Positions 17,844 to 28,109 of a stretch of 64,000 bases of DNA are shown here, one piece after another. The position numbers and the translations under genes were made by a program. Under the pieces are notes generated by a model that was given only the letters and a program-made list of their open reading frames with translations, made no database searches and was not told where the DNA came from. Origin of the DNA: an uncultured Acidimicrobiales bacterium (GTDB taxonomy: Bacteria > Actinomycetota > Acidimicrobiia > Acidimicrobiales > Aldehydirespiratoraceae); NCBI GenBank assembly GCA_958296055.1, contig CATQHS010000001.1:23570-87569 (forward strand), read 5' to 3'. Position 1 is the stretch's first letter. Every line of letters begins with the position of its first letter.

Positions 17844-19867
17844 CCGGCTCCGGGGCCGACCTCGGGCCCCGGGGGGTCAGCGTGATCCGGGGGCTGGCCA
17901 TGGACGCCCCTCACGCGGCCCGCTCCGGCCATCAGGGGACGGCCATGGCCTTGGCCCCCCTGGCCCACGTCTTGTGGACCCGGGTCATGCGCTACGACTC
18001 GCAGCGCCCGGCCTGGCCCGACCGGGACCGCTTCGTGCTGTCGGCCGGGCACGCCTCCATCCTCCAATACGCCATGCTGCACCTCACCGGGTACGGCCTG
18101 GGGATCGACGACCTCAAGGCCTTCCGCCAGTGGGGCTCGATCACCCCGGGCCATCCCGAGGCGGGCTGCACCCCCGGGGTCGAGGTCACCAGCGGGCCCC
18201 TGGGCCAGGGCATCGCCAACGGGGTGGGGATGGCCATCGCCGAGGCCCAGATGCGAGCCCGCTTCGGGGCTGAGATTTGCGACCACCGGGTCTTCGTGAT
18301 CGCCTCCGACGGCGACCTGTGCGAGGGGGTGGGCCACGAGGCGGCCTCGTTGGCCGGGCACCTGCGCCTGGGCCGCCTAGTCGTCTTCTACGACGACAAT
18401 CAGATCACCATCGACGGGTCGACCGACCTAGCCCTGTCCGACGACGCCCCGGCCCGCTTCCGGGCCTATGGCTGGCACGTGGAGGACCCGGGCCCCGACC
18501 CCGACGACCTCGACGCCATCGAGGCCGCGGCCCGCCGGGCCGTCGAGGAAGCCGAACGGCCATCGCTGGTGCCGATCCGCTCGGTGATCGCCGCGCCCGC
18601 CCCGGCCTCGGCGGGGACCCCGGCCGCCCACGGCTATGCCCTGTTCGACGAGGAGATCGCAGCCACCAAGGCCCTCATGGGGCTCCCCGCCGACGAGACC
18701 TTCCACGTGCCCGGCGCCGTGGCCGAGATGTACCGGGCGGCCGGGGCCAGAGGCCGCCCCGCCCGCCGAGCCTGGGAGGCCCGGATGGACGCCTTCGACG
18801 GAGACCGGGCCGCCTTGGACGCCTGCCTGGCCGGCGCCGGCCTCGACGGCTGGGCCGAGAAGCTGCCGAGCTGGCCGCCGGGCCGGCAGGTGGCCACCCG
18901 CCAGGCCTCCAGCGCCGCCCTGGCCGCGCTGGCCGAGGCGGTGCCCGGGCTCACCGGCGGCGGGGCCGACCTGACCGGCAACACCGGCACCGCCATCTCC
19001 GGGGCCGAGGCGTTCACCGCCTCCGAGCGCCGGGGCCGCCAGATCTACTTCGGGGTGCGGGAGCACGCCATGGGGGCCGTGGCCAACGGCATGGCCCTGC
19101 ACGGCGGCGCCATCCCGGTGGTGGGCACCTTCCTGGTCTTCTCCGACTACATGCGGCCCGCGGTGCGGCTGGCCGCGTTGGCTGAGGCCAAGGTGATCTT
19201 CGTGTGGAGCCACGACTCAGTGGGGGTGGGCGAGGACGGTCCCACCCATCAGCCGATAGAGCATCTGGCCTCGCTGCGGGCCATTCCGGGCCTGCGGGTG
19301 ATCCGACCCGCCGACGCCAACGAGACGACCGGCGCCTGGCGGGTGGCATTGGAGCGGAACGGCCCCACCGCGCTGATCCTCACCCGCCAGAAGGTGCCGG
19401 TGCTCGAAGGCACCAGCGCCGAGTCGGTGGCGGCCGGGGGCTACGTGCTGCGGGACCCGGCCGGGGCCCGGATCACGCTGGTCGGCACCGGCAGCGAGGT
19501 CGAGGTGTGCTGCGCCGCCGCCGCTGAACTGGCCGCTGATTCGGTGGCGGCCCGGGTGGTCTCGCTGCCGTCGTGGGAGCTGTTCGCCGAGCAGCCTGCC
19601 GCCCGTCGGGCCGAGGTGCTGGGGGCCGGGCTGCCGGCGCTGGCGGTGGAGGCGGGCTCGACCATGGGCTGGCGCCGCTGGGTGGACGACGCGGTGGGCA
19701 TCGACCGGTTCGGGGCCTCGGCGCCGGGGGCTACCGTCATGGAGAGGCTCGGCATCTCGGCGGCCAACGTGGCGGCCCGGGCCCGGGCCCTGGTGGCGGG
19801 CGGGCCCGAGAGCGGCGCCTCGCTTCTGGAGGGCGATGTGGAGGGCGGCCATGACCCGGTTGCATGA
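17840..19867 (+). CDS. tkt: Transketolase
   Basis: [56 protein letters not shown]; TTG start overlaps the FIST stop. Confidence 0.96.
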   Translation: MTGSGADLGPRGVSVIRGLAMDAPHAARSGHQGTAMALAPLAHVLWTRVMRYDSQRPAWPDRDRFVLSAGHASILQYAMLHLTGYGLGIDDLKAFRQWGSITPGHPEAGCTPGVEVTSGPLGQGIANGVGMAIAEAQMRARFGAEICDHRVFVIASDGDLCEGVGHEAASLAGHLRLGRLVVFYDDNQITIDGSTDLALSDDAPARFRAYGWHVEDPGPDPDDLDAIEAAARRAVEEAERPSLVPIRSVIAAPAPASAGTPAAHGYALFDEEIAATKALMGLPADETFHVPGAVAEMYRAAGARGRPARRAWEARMDAFDGDRAALDACLAGAGLDGWAEKLPSWPPGRQVATRQASSAALAALAEAVPGLTGGGADLTGNTGTAISGAEAFTASERRGRQIYFGVREHAMGAVANGMALHGGAIPVVGTFLVFSDYMRPAVRLAALAEAKVIFVWSHDSVGVGEDGPTHQPIEHLASLRAIPGLRVIRPADANETTGAWRVALERNGPTALILTRQKVPVLEGTSAESVAAGGYVLRDPAGARITLVGTGSEVEVCCAAAAELAADSVAARVVSLPSWELFAEQPAARRAEVLGAGLPALAVEAGSTMGWRRWVDDAVGIDRFGASAPGATVMERLGISAANVAARARALVAGGPESGASLLEGDVEGGHDPVA

Positions 19868-20942
19868 TCTCTTCGAGAGCCAGGGCCAGAGCCCCTGGCT
19901 CGACAACATCCGGAGGGGATGGATCACCGGCGGCGAGCTGGAGAGGTGGGTTCAGCGAGGGGTGAGGGGCCTCACCTCGAACCCCACCATCTTCCGCAAG
20001 GCGATAGCGGAATCAGAGGACTACGACCGCCAGCTCGGCCAGGCCGCGGCCGAAGGGCTCGACGCCACCGCCGCCTACTGGAGGCTGGTCGCCTCCGACA
20101 TCGTCGCGGCCGCGGAGATCCTGCGGCCGGTGTATGACGCCTCCGACGGGCGCGACGGCCACGTGTCGGTGGAGATCGATCCCGGCCTGGCCCGGGACTC
20201 CGCCGGGACTGAGGCGGCCGCCCGCCGGCTCGGCGACCGGATCGCCGCGCCCAACCTGTACGTGAAGATCCCGGCCACGGCCGAGGGGCTGGCCCCCATC
20301 CGGCGGATGATCGCCGAGAAGCGCAGCGTCAACGTGACCCTGATCTTCGGACTCGACCGCTACGCCGAGGTGGCCGAGGCCTACCTGGCCGGGCTGGAGG
20401 GCGCCGAGGGCGACCTGGGCTCGGTGTCGAGCGTGGCCTCCTTCTTCGTGTCCCGGGTCGACACCGAGGTGGACCGGCGCCTGGAGGCCATCGGCGCCGA
20501 AGCCGCCCTGGCTCTGAGGGGCAAAGCCGCGGTGGCCAACGCCAAGCTGGCCTACCAGCGGTTCCGCGAGCTGTTTTCCGGGCCTCGCTGGGAGGCTCTG
20601 GCCGCCCGGGGCGCCCGCCCCCAGCGGGTCCTGTGGGCCAGCACCTCCACCAAGAACCCGGACTACCCCGACACCCTCTACGTCGACGAGCTGATAGGCC
20701 CCGACACGGTGAACACCCTGCCCGAGGCCACCCTGGAGGCCTTTGAGGACCACGGCGCCGTGGCCCGCACCCTCGACGCCGGGACCGACGAGGCCCGGGC
20801 CGTCCTCGACGAACTGGCCGAGGTCGGGGTGGACTTCGACCAGGTCGCGGCCCAGCTCACCGACGAGGGGGTGGCCGCCTTCGAGAAGAGCTTCGACGAG
20901 CTGATCGAGGTGCTGGCCGACCGGGTCGAGACTTCGATCTGA
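19851..20942 (+). CDS. tal: Transaldolase
   Basis: GQSPWLDNI, GLTSNPTIF, YVKIPAT, NVTLIF, ASFFVSRVD, WASTSTKNP. Confidence 0.96.
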   Translation: MTRLHDLFESQGQSPWLDNIRRGWITGGELERWVQRGVRGLTSNPTIFRKAIAESEDYDRQLGQAAAEGLDATAAYWRLVASDIVAAAEILRPVYDASDGRDGHVSVEIDPGLARDSAGTEAAARRLGDRIAAPNLYVKIPATAEGLAPIRRMIAEKRSVNVTLIFGLDRYAEVAEAYLAGLEGAEGDLGSVSSVASFFVSRVDTEVDRRLEAIGAEAALALRGKAAVANAKLAYQRFRELFSGPRWEALAARGARPQRVLWASTSTKNPDYPDTLYVDELIGPDTVNTLPEATLEAFEDHGAVARTLDAGTDEARAVLDELAEVGVDFDQVAAQLTDEGVAAFEKSFDELIEVLADRVETSI

Positions 20943-20987
20943 CCGGGGCCAAGCCCGATGCCGGGGATCGATCGGGCCTGACCGCCG

Positions 20988-21188
20988 TCAGGTTTCGGGA
21001 TCGATCTGGCGGAGGGCGGCGGCGGCCCTCTCGACCGCCCGGCGGGCTTGGGTGAGCCGCTTTTCGGCGGCCGGGGGCTGGGCGCACCCGTCCTCGACCG
21101 ACTGGCGCAGGCGGTCCAGGGCCAAGTCGGCCAGTTCCTCGCCGATGGCCTCCAGCCGCTCCCGGATCTGGTCGTGCTCCCCGGCCAC
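20988..21188 (-). CDS. Small helical hypothetical protein
   Basis: 66 aa (IGEELADLALDRLR...EKRLTQARRAVERA); -10 TAGCGT 6 nt before the GTG. Confidence 0.7.
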   Translation of the reverse strand: MAGEHDQIRERLEAIGEELADLALDRLRQSVEDGCAQPPAAEKRLTQARRAVERAAAALRQIDPET

Positions 21189-21208
21189 GCCGGTACGCTA
21201 ACCGCGCC

Positions 21209-22948
21209 GTGAAGTTCAGCCATGGCCCGCCTGACTTGGTGCGCCGACTCGTTCGCAGGCCCGTCCGCAACCTCACCCGGTCGCGCAATCCCCGGCTGCT
21301 GACCGCCTCGGCCGTCACCGGGGCGGGGGTGGCCGTGGTGGTGGCCGGATTCGAGACCCTGGCCGATCAGATGGTGCTGCGGCGGGTGCTGGGCGCCCCT
21401 CTGGCCGTGCTGGTGCTGGCCCCGGTGGCCGGCGTCATCGCCGCCCGGTTCATCCTGCGGCTCGGCGGCCGGGGAACGTCGGGCTCCACCTCCGACGAGT
21501 ACATCCGGGCCTTCCACGAGCGCCAGCCCCGCATCCCCATCCGGGAGCTGCCGGCCAAGCTCCTGGCCGGGGTGGCCACCATCGGGGGCGGCGGGGCGCT
21601 CGGGCTGGAAGGCCCGTCGATCTACGCCGGATCGTCGCTGGGCCTGTTCCTGCACGGGCGCCTGGGAAGCTTCTTCCGCCGGGATGAGGCCCGCATCCTG
21701 CTCACCGCCGGGGCCGCGGCCGGAGTGGCCGCCGTCTTCAAGGCGCCGGCCACCGGCGTGATCTTCGCCCTGGAGGCCCCCTACCGCGACGACGTGGCCC
21801 GCCGGGCCCTGCTGCCGTCGCTGATCGCCTCGGCGGCGAGCTACGCCACCTTGGTGGCCATCCTGGGCAGCACCCCGGTGGTTCCCTTCCCGGGCGAGGG
21901 CGGGGTCTTGGTCGGCGAGGGGGGCTTGATGTCGGTCCTCGAAGTTCAGATCGGGGACCTGTTCGGAGCGCTGGTGCTGGGCGTGGCGGCCGGCCTCGGC
22001 GGCCGGGGGTTCGCCTGGCTGGTGCGCCGGGCCAAGACGACGACGGCCGGGGTGTCGTGGCCCCGGCGGATCGTAGCGGCCGCCGCGGTCATGGCCGGGC
22101 TGGCGGTGGCCTCGGAGGCCGTGTTCGGCGAGGCGCTCACGCTCGGCCCCGGCGTAGAGGCCATGGCCTGGGTAGTCGAGAACCAGGGTCTGGGCCTCAT
22201 CGCCCTGCTGTTCGGGATGCGGATCGCGGCCACCCTGGCCACCCTGGTGGGGGGCGGGGTCGGCGGGCTGTTCATCCCGCTGGCCACCCTGGGGTTCGTG
22301 GTCGGGCAGTTCGTGGGCGAGGTCCTGGGCCAAGACCTGACCGGCCTCTACCCCACCCTGGGCCTGGCCGCTTTCCTGGGCGCCGGATACCGGGTCCCGA
22401 TCGCCGCGGTGATGTTCGTGGCCGAATCCACCGGCGGCATCGGGGCCTTCATCGTCCCGGCGCTGGTGGCCGCGGCGGTCAGCCAGGTGGTGGCCGGATC
22501 ATCGTCGGTGGCCGAGTACCAGCGGTCCGAGAGGCTGGGCCACCTCGAGCACCGGTTCACCATGCCGCTGAGCTCGGTCCTGAACACCGACGTGCTGACC
22601 GTCCCCCCCGACGCCACCGTTTCAGAGTTCGTGTACATGCACGTGCTGGGCCGGCGGGAGCGGATCGTGCCGGTGGTGTCGGGAAGCCGCTACCTGGGGC
22701 TGGTGCAGCTCTCCGCCCTGTCGTCGGTCGACCGGGACGACTGGGAAGCCACGACGGTGGACTCGCTGATGGAGACAAACGTGCCCACCGCCCGCCCGTC
22801 GTGGACGATACGCGATGCGGTGGTGGCCATGGACAGCGCCGGCATCGGCATGCTGGCCGTGACCGACGACGACGCCGGCTTCGTGGGAGTCGTCACCGAG
22901 GACGACGTAGTGAAGCTGGGCGAGATCCTCGAGGAGACCGAGGGCTAG
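21209..22948 (+). CDS. ClC-family chloride channel/antiporter with C-terminal CBS pair
   Basis: GLEGPS, GAAAGVAAVFKAP, GGLFIP, AVMFVAE; CBS domains at the C-terminus. Confidence 0.92.
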   Translation: MKFSHGPPDLVRRLVRRPVRNLTRSRNPRLLTASAVTGAGVAVVVAGFETLADQMVLRRVLGAPLAVLVLAPVAGVIAARFILRLGGRGTSGSTSDEYIRAFHERQPRIPIRELPAKLLAGVATIGGGGALGLEGPSIYAGSSLGLFLHGRLGSFFRRDEARILLTAGAAAGVAAVFKAPATGVIFALEAPYRDDVARRALLPSLIASAASYATLVAILGSTPVVPFPGEGGVLVGEGGLMSVLEVQIGDLFGALVLGVAAGLGGRGFAWLVRRAKTTTAGVSWPRRIVAAAAVMAGLAVASEAVFGEALTLGPGVEAMAWVVENQGLGLIALLFGMRIAATLATLVGGGVGGLFIPLATLGFVVGQFVGEVLGQDLTGLYPTLGLAAFLGAGYRVPIAAVMFVAESTGGIGAFIVPALVAAAVSQVVAGSSSVAEYQRSERLGHLEHRFTMPLSSVLNTDVLTVPPDATVSEFVYMHVLGRRERIVPVVSGSRYLGLVQLSALSSVDRDDWEATTVDSLMETNVPTARPSWTIRDAVVAMDSAGIGMLAVTDDDAGFVGVVTEDDVVKLGEILEETEG

Positions 22949-23166
22949 ACCTCTCGGCTGCTCTCCTTAGCCTGCTCCTCGTCGTCGGCCGCCTCGGCAT
23001 CGGAGTCGGGGCCGGGTCGGGCGAACTCCTCGGCCCAGGCCGCGTGCTCGGGCTTCTCGTAGTCGTCTCGCTCGTCGAACTCCTGGATCAGCCCCTGCAG
23101 GTCGTCTCCGTGGGAGCGCTTGAACTTGCGAGCCTCCTCGTACCGTCGGTGTCGCCCCTTCTTCAC
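22945..23166 (-). CDS. Small hypothetical protein (basic N-terminus, acidic C-terminus)
   Basis: VKKGRHRRYEEARKFKRSHGDDL...; SD GGAG before GTG 23166; fills the gap between rnd and the ClC gene. Confidence 0.6.
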   Translation of the reverse strand: MKKGRHRRYEEARKFKRSHGDDLQGLIQEFDERDDYEKPEHAAWAEEFARPGPDSDAEAADDEEQAKESSREV

Positions 23167-23194
23167 GGCTCCGCTCCCGGTCGGTAGTTGCAGG

Positions 23195-24424
23195 TCAGTC
23201 GTCGCCAGACCGGTGATTGTAACCCCGGCGTCCGGGGCGGCCACCACCGGGAAGGGGATGGTCGACGGGACGGCGGCTGCGCTCCTCGAACACCACCGCC
23301 CCGCTCTCGAAAGCCAGCGCCGCGTCCCCCGCCACCAGCCGGCGGATCGGCGCGCCCACCAGATCGGCCCGCCAGCCCCGGTCGAGGCGGGCGTCGGCGT
23401 CGCCTCGCATCAGGGCCTCGATGTCGGACCGGGTGGCCAGCATGGACGGGTCGATGGCCAGGTCTCGGGCCGTCTGCTGTATCCAGGTCGACACCAGGCC
23501 CACCGCCGGCTTCAGGTCTCGGCCGAGCCGGGGCCGCTTCGGCGCCGGGGGCGGGCGCCAGTCCAGCTCGATCCCCTCGGCCACCGCGGCCAGGATCGGG
23601 GCGCCGAGACGGCCGCGGGCCAGGCCGGAGTCCACCCCCCGCAGCTTGGCCAGCCCCTCGGCGGACCGGGGCGCGGCCTCGGCGATGGTCACCACGGCCA
23701 TGTCGGACAGCACGAAGCGGACGGGCCGGTTGGTCTCGGCGGCTCGCCGCTCCCGCCAGGCCGCCAGCGAGCGGGCCACCGACAGGGTCCGGCCCCGAAG
23801 CCGGCGGGCTTCCTTGATCCGCTTCCAGGCCTCCTCGGGGCGGCGGGGCTCGCGGGCCCGCCGCAGCAGCGCCTCGAACTCGTCGGAGGCCCAGGCCCGC
23901 CGGCCCCACTGGTCGAGCCGGGCGGCTTGGCGGTCGGCGATGTCGAGCAGGCAGGCCACGTCGGCGGCCGCGTAGTCGAGCTGGGCCCGGCGCAGAGGCC
24001 GTTCCAGCCAGTCGGTGAGCCGCCCCGCCTTGGGCAGCCCCCGGCCCAGCTCGCGCTCGCACAGCGACGCCAGCGACGGGATGTCCGGGCCCAGGAACCG
24101 GGCCGCGATCTGGGTGTCGAAGATACGGCCCGGCGCGGTCTCGGCGGCCCGGTCGAGCACCTCGAGATCCTGGTCGGCGGCGTGGGCCACCATCACCGCG
24201 TCCCCGCCTATCACCCGGGCCAGCGGGCGCGGGTCGACGGCCAGCGGGTCGATCAGGGCGATCTGACCGTCCCAGGCGATCTGGATCAGCGCCGGGTCGG
24301 GCCAGTAGCCCTTCTCCCGGTGGAACTCGGTGTCGAGTGCGTAGCGGGGTTGGCCCCGAAGGGCGTCGACGACCTCGCCGAGGCCTTCAGCGGTGTCGAC
24401 GTAGCGGTATGGGGCCGCAGTCAC
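23195..24424 (-). CDS. rnd: Ribonuclease D (3'-5' exonuclease plus HRDC)
   Basis: ALDTEFHRE, HAADQDLE, FDTQIAA, TDWLERPL, YAAADV, WRERRA; GTG overlaps the mobA stop. Confidence 0.93.
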   Translation of the reverse strand: MTAAPYRYVDTAEGLGEVVDALRGQPRYALDTEFHREKGYWPDPALIQIAWDGQIALIDPLAVDPRPLARVIGGDAVMVAHAADQDLEVLDRAAETAPGRIFDTQIAARFLGPDIPSLASLCERELGRGLPKAGRLTDWLERPLRRAQLDYAAADVACLLDIADRQAARLDQWGRRAWASDEFEALLRRAREPRRPEEAWKRIKEARRLRGRTLSVARSLAAWRERRAAETNRPVRFVLSDMAVVTIAEAAPRSAEGLAKLRGVDSGLARGRLGAPILAAVAEGIELDWRPPPAPKRPRLGRDLKPAVGLVSTWIQQTARDLAIDPSMLATRSDIEALMRGDADARLDRGWRADLVGAPIRRLVAGDAALAFESGAVVFEERSRRPVDHPLPGGGRPGRRGYNHRSGDD

Positions 24425-24999
24425 GGGGCCAAGTCGCCGGGGGTGTCGGCGTCGTGAAAGGCGCCGGGTGGCCAGCCCCGCTCGGGTCCAGGCCAGATCT
24501 CCACTTGCAGTTGAGACGCGACCTGGCTGGGACCCCGGGCACCGCGGGCGAAAGCCGCCTCCAAGACGGGCAAGCAGGCCGACCGCCAGGCCGCGTGCAG
24601 CCACTGCCGCCGCCCGTCGACCACCGGAACCACTACGTCGGCCCCGGCCGCCGCGCCCGCCTGGTGGATTACCGGGGCCACGGCATCGGGCGAGGGCCCG
24701 GTCAGGTCACAGGCCAGGATCATCACCAGCGGCGCGTCCAGAGCGGCGAGGGCGGTGATGATCCCCCCCAGCGGCCCCTGGCCGGGGCAGCGGTCGGGAA
24801 TATGGCTCAACCCGAGCTGGCGAAGCCGGGGCCCGTCGCCGCCGACGACCACCGCCGGCTCGGCCCCGGCCGTCTCGAGGGCCCCGATGGCCCGGACCAC
24901 CATGGGGACGCCGGCGACGGCCACGAAGGCCTTGTCGGCGCCCATGCGCCGGGAGGCGCCGCCGGCCAGAACCGCTCCGGATGCATCCGGGGGCGTCAC
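24421..24999 (-). CDS. mobA: Molybdenum cofactor guanylyltransferase-like NTP transferase
   Basis: VLAGGASRRMGADKA, GQGPLGGI, LACDL, DADTPGDL. Confidence 0.85.
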   Translation of the reverse strand: MTPPDASGAVLAGGASRRMGADKAFVAVAGVPMVVRAIGALETAGAEPAVVVGGDGPRLRQLGLSHIPDRCPGQGPLGGIITALAALDAPLVMILACDLTGPSPDAVAPVIHQAGAAAGADVVVPVVDGRRQWLHAAWRSACLPVLEAAFARGARGPSQVASQLQVEIWPGPERGWPPGAFHDADTPGDLAP

Positions 25000-25454
25000 C
25001 CGCCGGCTCGGTCCCGGTCGTCGAAGTCGGGCGGGGGCCAGGCCGGGTCGAGCTGGCGCAGGAACAGAGCGCACCGCTCGGCCTCGTCCATCTCCCCGAT
25101 GGCGGCTGCCATTCGCCGCACCCCTTCGAGGGCCCGGAGGAACCCCCTGTTCGTCGGGTGAGTCCAGCGCACCCAGCCCGAGCCGCGCCAGCCATTGGCC
25201 CGCAGCCGGTCCAGCCCCCGGTGGTAGCCGGTCCGGAAGGCGGCGTAGGCCAGCGCCGGCTCGGCGGTCGCCTGGCCCAGCCGGGCCCAGGCCTCCAAGA
25301 ACCGGGGCCAGCGCACGCAGACCAGCCCGATGGCGGCGATCGGGTCGTCGGACCGCTGGGCCGCGGCCAACGCCTCGCGGGCCTGGGCCGGCTCGGGCTC
25401 GAGAACGGTCTCGGGCGGTCCCGCCGGCGTGAACGAGATGGGGCTGTCAGTCAT
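24996..25454 (-). CDS. DUF3151 family protein
   Basis: YAAFRTGYHRGLDRLRANGWRGSGWVRWTHPTNRGFLRAL motif. Confidence 0.88.
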   Translation of the reverse strand: MTDSPISFTPAGPPETVLEPEPAQAREALAAAQRSDDPIAAIGLVCVRWPRFLEAWARLGQATAEPALAYAAFRTGYHRGLDRLRANGWRGSGWVRWTHPTNRGFLRALEGVRRMAAAIGEMDEAERCALFLRQLDPAWPPPDFDDRDRAGG

Positions 25455-25564
25455 GGCCCGGGAGAGTACCGGCTCGCCCCCAAGCCCAACCGGTCGGCTC
25501 GTAGCCGGTCCCCGGCCGGCGGCGGTCCCCGGCCGGCGCCCGCCGGGCCGGTACGGTGCGGGCC

Positions 25565-25834
25565 GTGCCCGGGGAATGGGGCGACTGGCTCGACACGGAG
25601 AAGCTGCGGTGGCTGCTTTTGGCGCCCATCGGGCTGGTGGTGGTGGGGCTGTACTTGGTGGTGCGGTTCGTCGGGAAGTTCCTGATGAAAGTGGCGTTGG
25701 TGGTGGTATTGGTCGGGCTGGGGGTGTCGGTGTGGCTGCAGCGAGCCGATCTGGCCGAATGCGCCGAAACCTGCTCGTGCACCCTGTTCGGCCGAGCCGT
25801 GCAGATCCCCGCCGACAAAAACCCAAACTGCTAA
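25565..25834 (+). CDS. Small two-TM membrane protein with C-terminal Cys motif
   Basis: Two hydrophobic helices then CAETCSCTLFG; TACGGT 7 nt before GTG 25565. Confidence 0.7.
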   Translation: MPGEWGDWLDTEKLRWLLLAPIGLVVVGLYLVVRFVGKFLMKVALVVVLVGLGVSVWLQRADLAECAETCSCTLFGRAVQIPADKNPNC

Positions 25835-25861
25835 CCCCCCGCCGGCCGGAGGGCCGCACAA

Positions 25862-27292
25862 CTAAGGCACTAGCTCCAAGCGCAGGACGTTGGCGCTGCG
25901 GGACCGGTTGTCGGCCCCGGCCAGCACCGCGACAAGTTCGCCTGAGCGGACCAGCTCGCGGTCCCGGGCCACCCGCACCGCCTGCTGGACCATCTCGTCG
26001 TTGGAGCCCTTGTCGTCCACCAACACGGGGACGGTGCCCCAGCTCAGCGATATCTGCTGGGCGGTGCGGGGGTTGTGCGTCAGCCCGACGATGCGGGCTT
26101 GGGGTCTGAACCGGGCCATGGACCGCACCGTGAACCCGGTTCCGGAGATGGCCAGGATGGTGGAGATGCCCAGCTCGCTCGAAGCCCGCCAGGCCGCCAT
26201 GGTCATGGCGTCGGTGACGGAGGCCGAGTCCCGGGTCGAGCCGTCGGTCATCCGCAGATCGGCCAGCCGTTTGGCCCACCCCTCGTAGTCGAACTCCTCG
26301 TCGGCCCGGCTGGCTATGCGGCACATGGTCCGCACCACCCCGACCGGGTCGACCCCCACCGCCGTCTCCCCCGACAGCATCAGCGCGGAGGACCCGTCGA
26401 ACACGGCGTTGGCCACGTCGCTGGCCTCGGCCCGGGTGGGCGTCGGCTGGGTGATCATCGAGTCCAGCATCTGGGTGGCGGTGATGGCCGGAAGCCCGTC
26501 GGCGATGCATTTCTGGATGATGCTCTTCTGGAGGTGGGGAAGCTCCTCGATGCTGCACTCCAGCCCCAGGTCGCCCCGGGCCACCATGATGGCCCCGGCC
26601 ACCTCGATGATCCCGGCCAGGTTCTCCACCGCCGCCCTGGTCTCGATCTTGGCGACGAGCAGCGGGCCCTGGGGGTGCGGATCGGTGCCGGCCCGGCGGA
26701 TGTCGTGGGCGGAGCGCACGAACGAGATGGCCACCAGGTCCACGCCTAGGTCCACGAAGGCGTCCAAGGCCTTGAGATCCCAGGACGTGGGGGTGGGGGC
26801 GCTGAGCCGGTCGGCGGGGACGTGGATGCCGGGCCGCCCCGACAGCACTCCCCCGTTGACGACGGTGGCCGTCAGCCGGTCGCTCCCCCGGTCGGTGATC
26901 TTGAGCACAACCCGCCCGTCGCCGATGTCGATCCGGTCGCCGGCCTTCATGTCCCGCAGCAGGTTCTCGTAATCGACCTCGATCACCGAGGCGTCCGAGG
27001 AACCGCGGCCGACTCGCAGTTCGACCCGGGCCCCGGTGGCCAGATCGACGTTGGAGTCGCCGAAGGAACCGGATCTCACCTTCGGGCCGGGCAGATCCAC
27101 CAGGATCCCGACCCGGCGGCTCTCCTCGGCCGCGATCCGGCGGATCCGGCGGTAGCGCTCGACGGCCTCGTCCAAGGTCCCGTGGGCCAAACCGAGCCGG
27201 GCCACGTCCATGCCGGCCCGGATCATCTCCCGCAGGGTGGCCTCGTCCTCGCTGGCCGGGCCGATGGTGGCCACGACTTTGGTGCGCCGCAT
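25862..27292 (-). CDS. pyk: Pyruvate kinase
   Basis: RRTKVVATIGPAS, DLPGPKVR, AKIET, IMVARGDLG, ATQMLDSM, PTRAEASDVANA, MLSGETA. Confidence 0.96.
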   Translation of the reverse strand: MRRTKVVATIGPASEDEATLREMIRAGMDVARLGLAHGTLDEAVERYRRIRRIAAEESRRVGILVDLPGPKVRSGSFGDSNVDLATGARVELRVGRGSSDASVIEVDYENLLRDMKAGDRIDIGDGRVVLKITDRGSDRLTATVVNGGVLSGRPGIHVPADRLSAPTPTSWDLKALDAFVDLGVDLVAISFVRSAHDIRRAGTDPHPQGPLLVAKIETRAAVENLAGIIEVAGAIMVARGDLGLECSIEELPHLQKSIIQKCIADGLPAITATQMLDSMITQPTPTRAEASDVANAVFDGSSALMLSGETAVGVDPVGVVRTMCRIASRADEEFDYEGWAKRLADLRMTDGSTRDSASVTDAMTMAAWRASSELGISTILAISGTGFTVRSMARFRPQARIVGLTHNPRTAQQISLSWGTVPVLVDDKGSNDEMVQQAVRVARDRELVRSGELVAVLAGADNRSRSANVLRLELVP

Positions 27293-27332
27293 GGCGCCCA
27301 AGCTACCGTCCTGCCCCCTACGGTGGTCGGCG

Positions 27333-28109
27333 ATGGCCGCTCACCCCTACCTGGAAGCGGACGGCCCCATCGCCTTCGCCCATCGGGGCGGCGCCGGCGT
27401 CTTCCCCGAGAGCACCATGCGGGCCTTCGCCCACGCCGCCTCGCTCGGCTTCACCCACATGGAGACCGACGTCCAGGCCACCGCCGACGGCGTGGCCGTC
27501 GTCTTCCACGACGCAGCCCTGGACCGGGCCACCGACGCCAAGGGCCGCATCGGCGCCATGAGCTGGCGGGAGGTGCGGCGGGCCCGGGTGGCCGGCGCCG
27601 ATCCCCTCCTGCGGCTAGACGAGCTGCTGGAAGAGCTGCCCGAGGCCCGGTTCAACCTCGACCCCAAGACCGGCCGGGCCGTCGAGCCGCTGGTCGAGGC
27701 CATCCAACGGACCGGGAGCCTGGAGCGGGTGTGCGTGTCGTCGTTCTCGGACCGGCGCACCCGGCGGGTGCGGGACCGGCTCGGGCCCGGGCTGTGCGTG
27801 GGGGCCGGGCCCCGGGCCGTGCTCCGGCTGATGGCGGCCCGGTGGCCGCTGCCCTGGCCGGCGCCGGTGGGGCCGCCCCGCTGCCATGCGGCCCAGGTCC
27901 CGGTTCGGATGAGGGGCGTGTCCGTCGTGACCCCCGGCTTCGTGGAGACGGCTCACCGCTATGGCGTCGTCGTGCATGTCTGGACCATCGACGATCCCGA
28001 CGAGATGCACCGCCTCCTGGACATGGGGGTGGACGGGATCATGACCGACCGCCCCGAGACGCTGCGCCGGGTGATGATGGCGCGAGGCGACTGGCCATCT
28101 GCCGGGTGA
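27333..28109 (+). CDS. Glycerophosphodiester phosphodiesterase family protein
   Basis: FAHRGG, PESTM, ETDVQATADG, VFHD, VHVWTIDD, GVDGIMTDRP. Confidence 0.92.
   Translation: MAAHPYLEADGPIAFAHRGGAGVFPESTMRAFAHAASLGFTHMETDVQATADGVAVVFHDAALDRATDAKGRIGAMSWREVRRARVAGADPLLRLDELLEELPEARFNLDPKTGRAVEPLVEAIQRTGSLERVCVSSFSDRRTRRVRDRLGPGLCVGAGPRAVLRLMAARWPLPWPAPVGPPRCHAAQVPVRMRGVSVVTPGFVETAHRYGVVVHVWTIDDPDEMHRLLDMGVDGIMTDRPETLRRVMMARGDWPSAG

Noticed and set aside
16203-19867. Long N-terminal extensions on the FIST and tkt track ORFs (likewise trmI, rnd, DUF3151, trkH)
   Set aside because: Off-frame run-through of upstream genes; true starts overlap the upstream stops or follow -10 elements.
25835-25866. 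ACAACTA(A/G) resembling an IS481 end (also at 52192 and 59275)
   Set aside because: Match is too short and lacks the rest of the TIR; explained by stop codons and local duplication.
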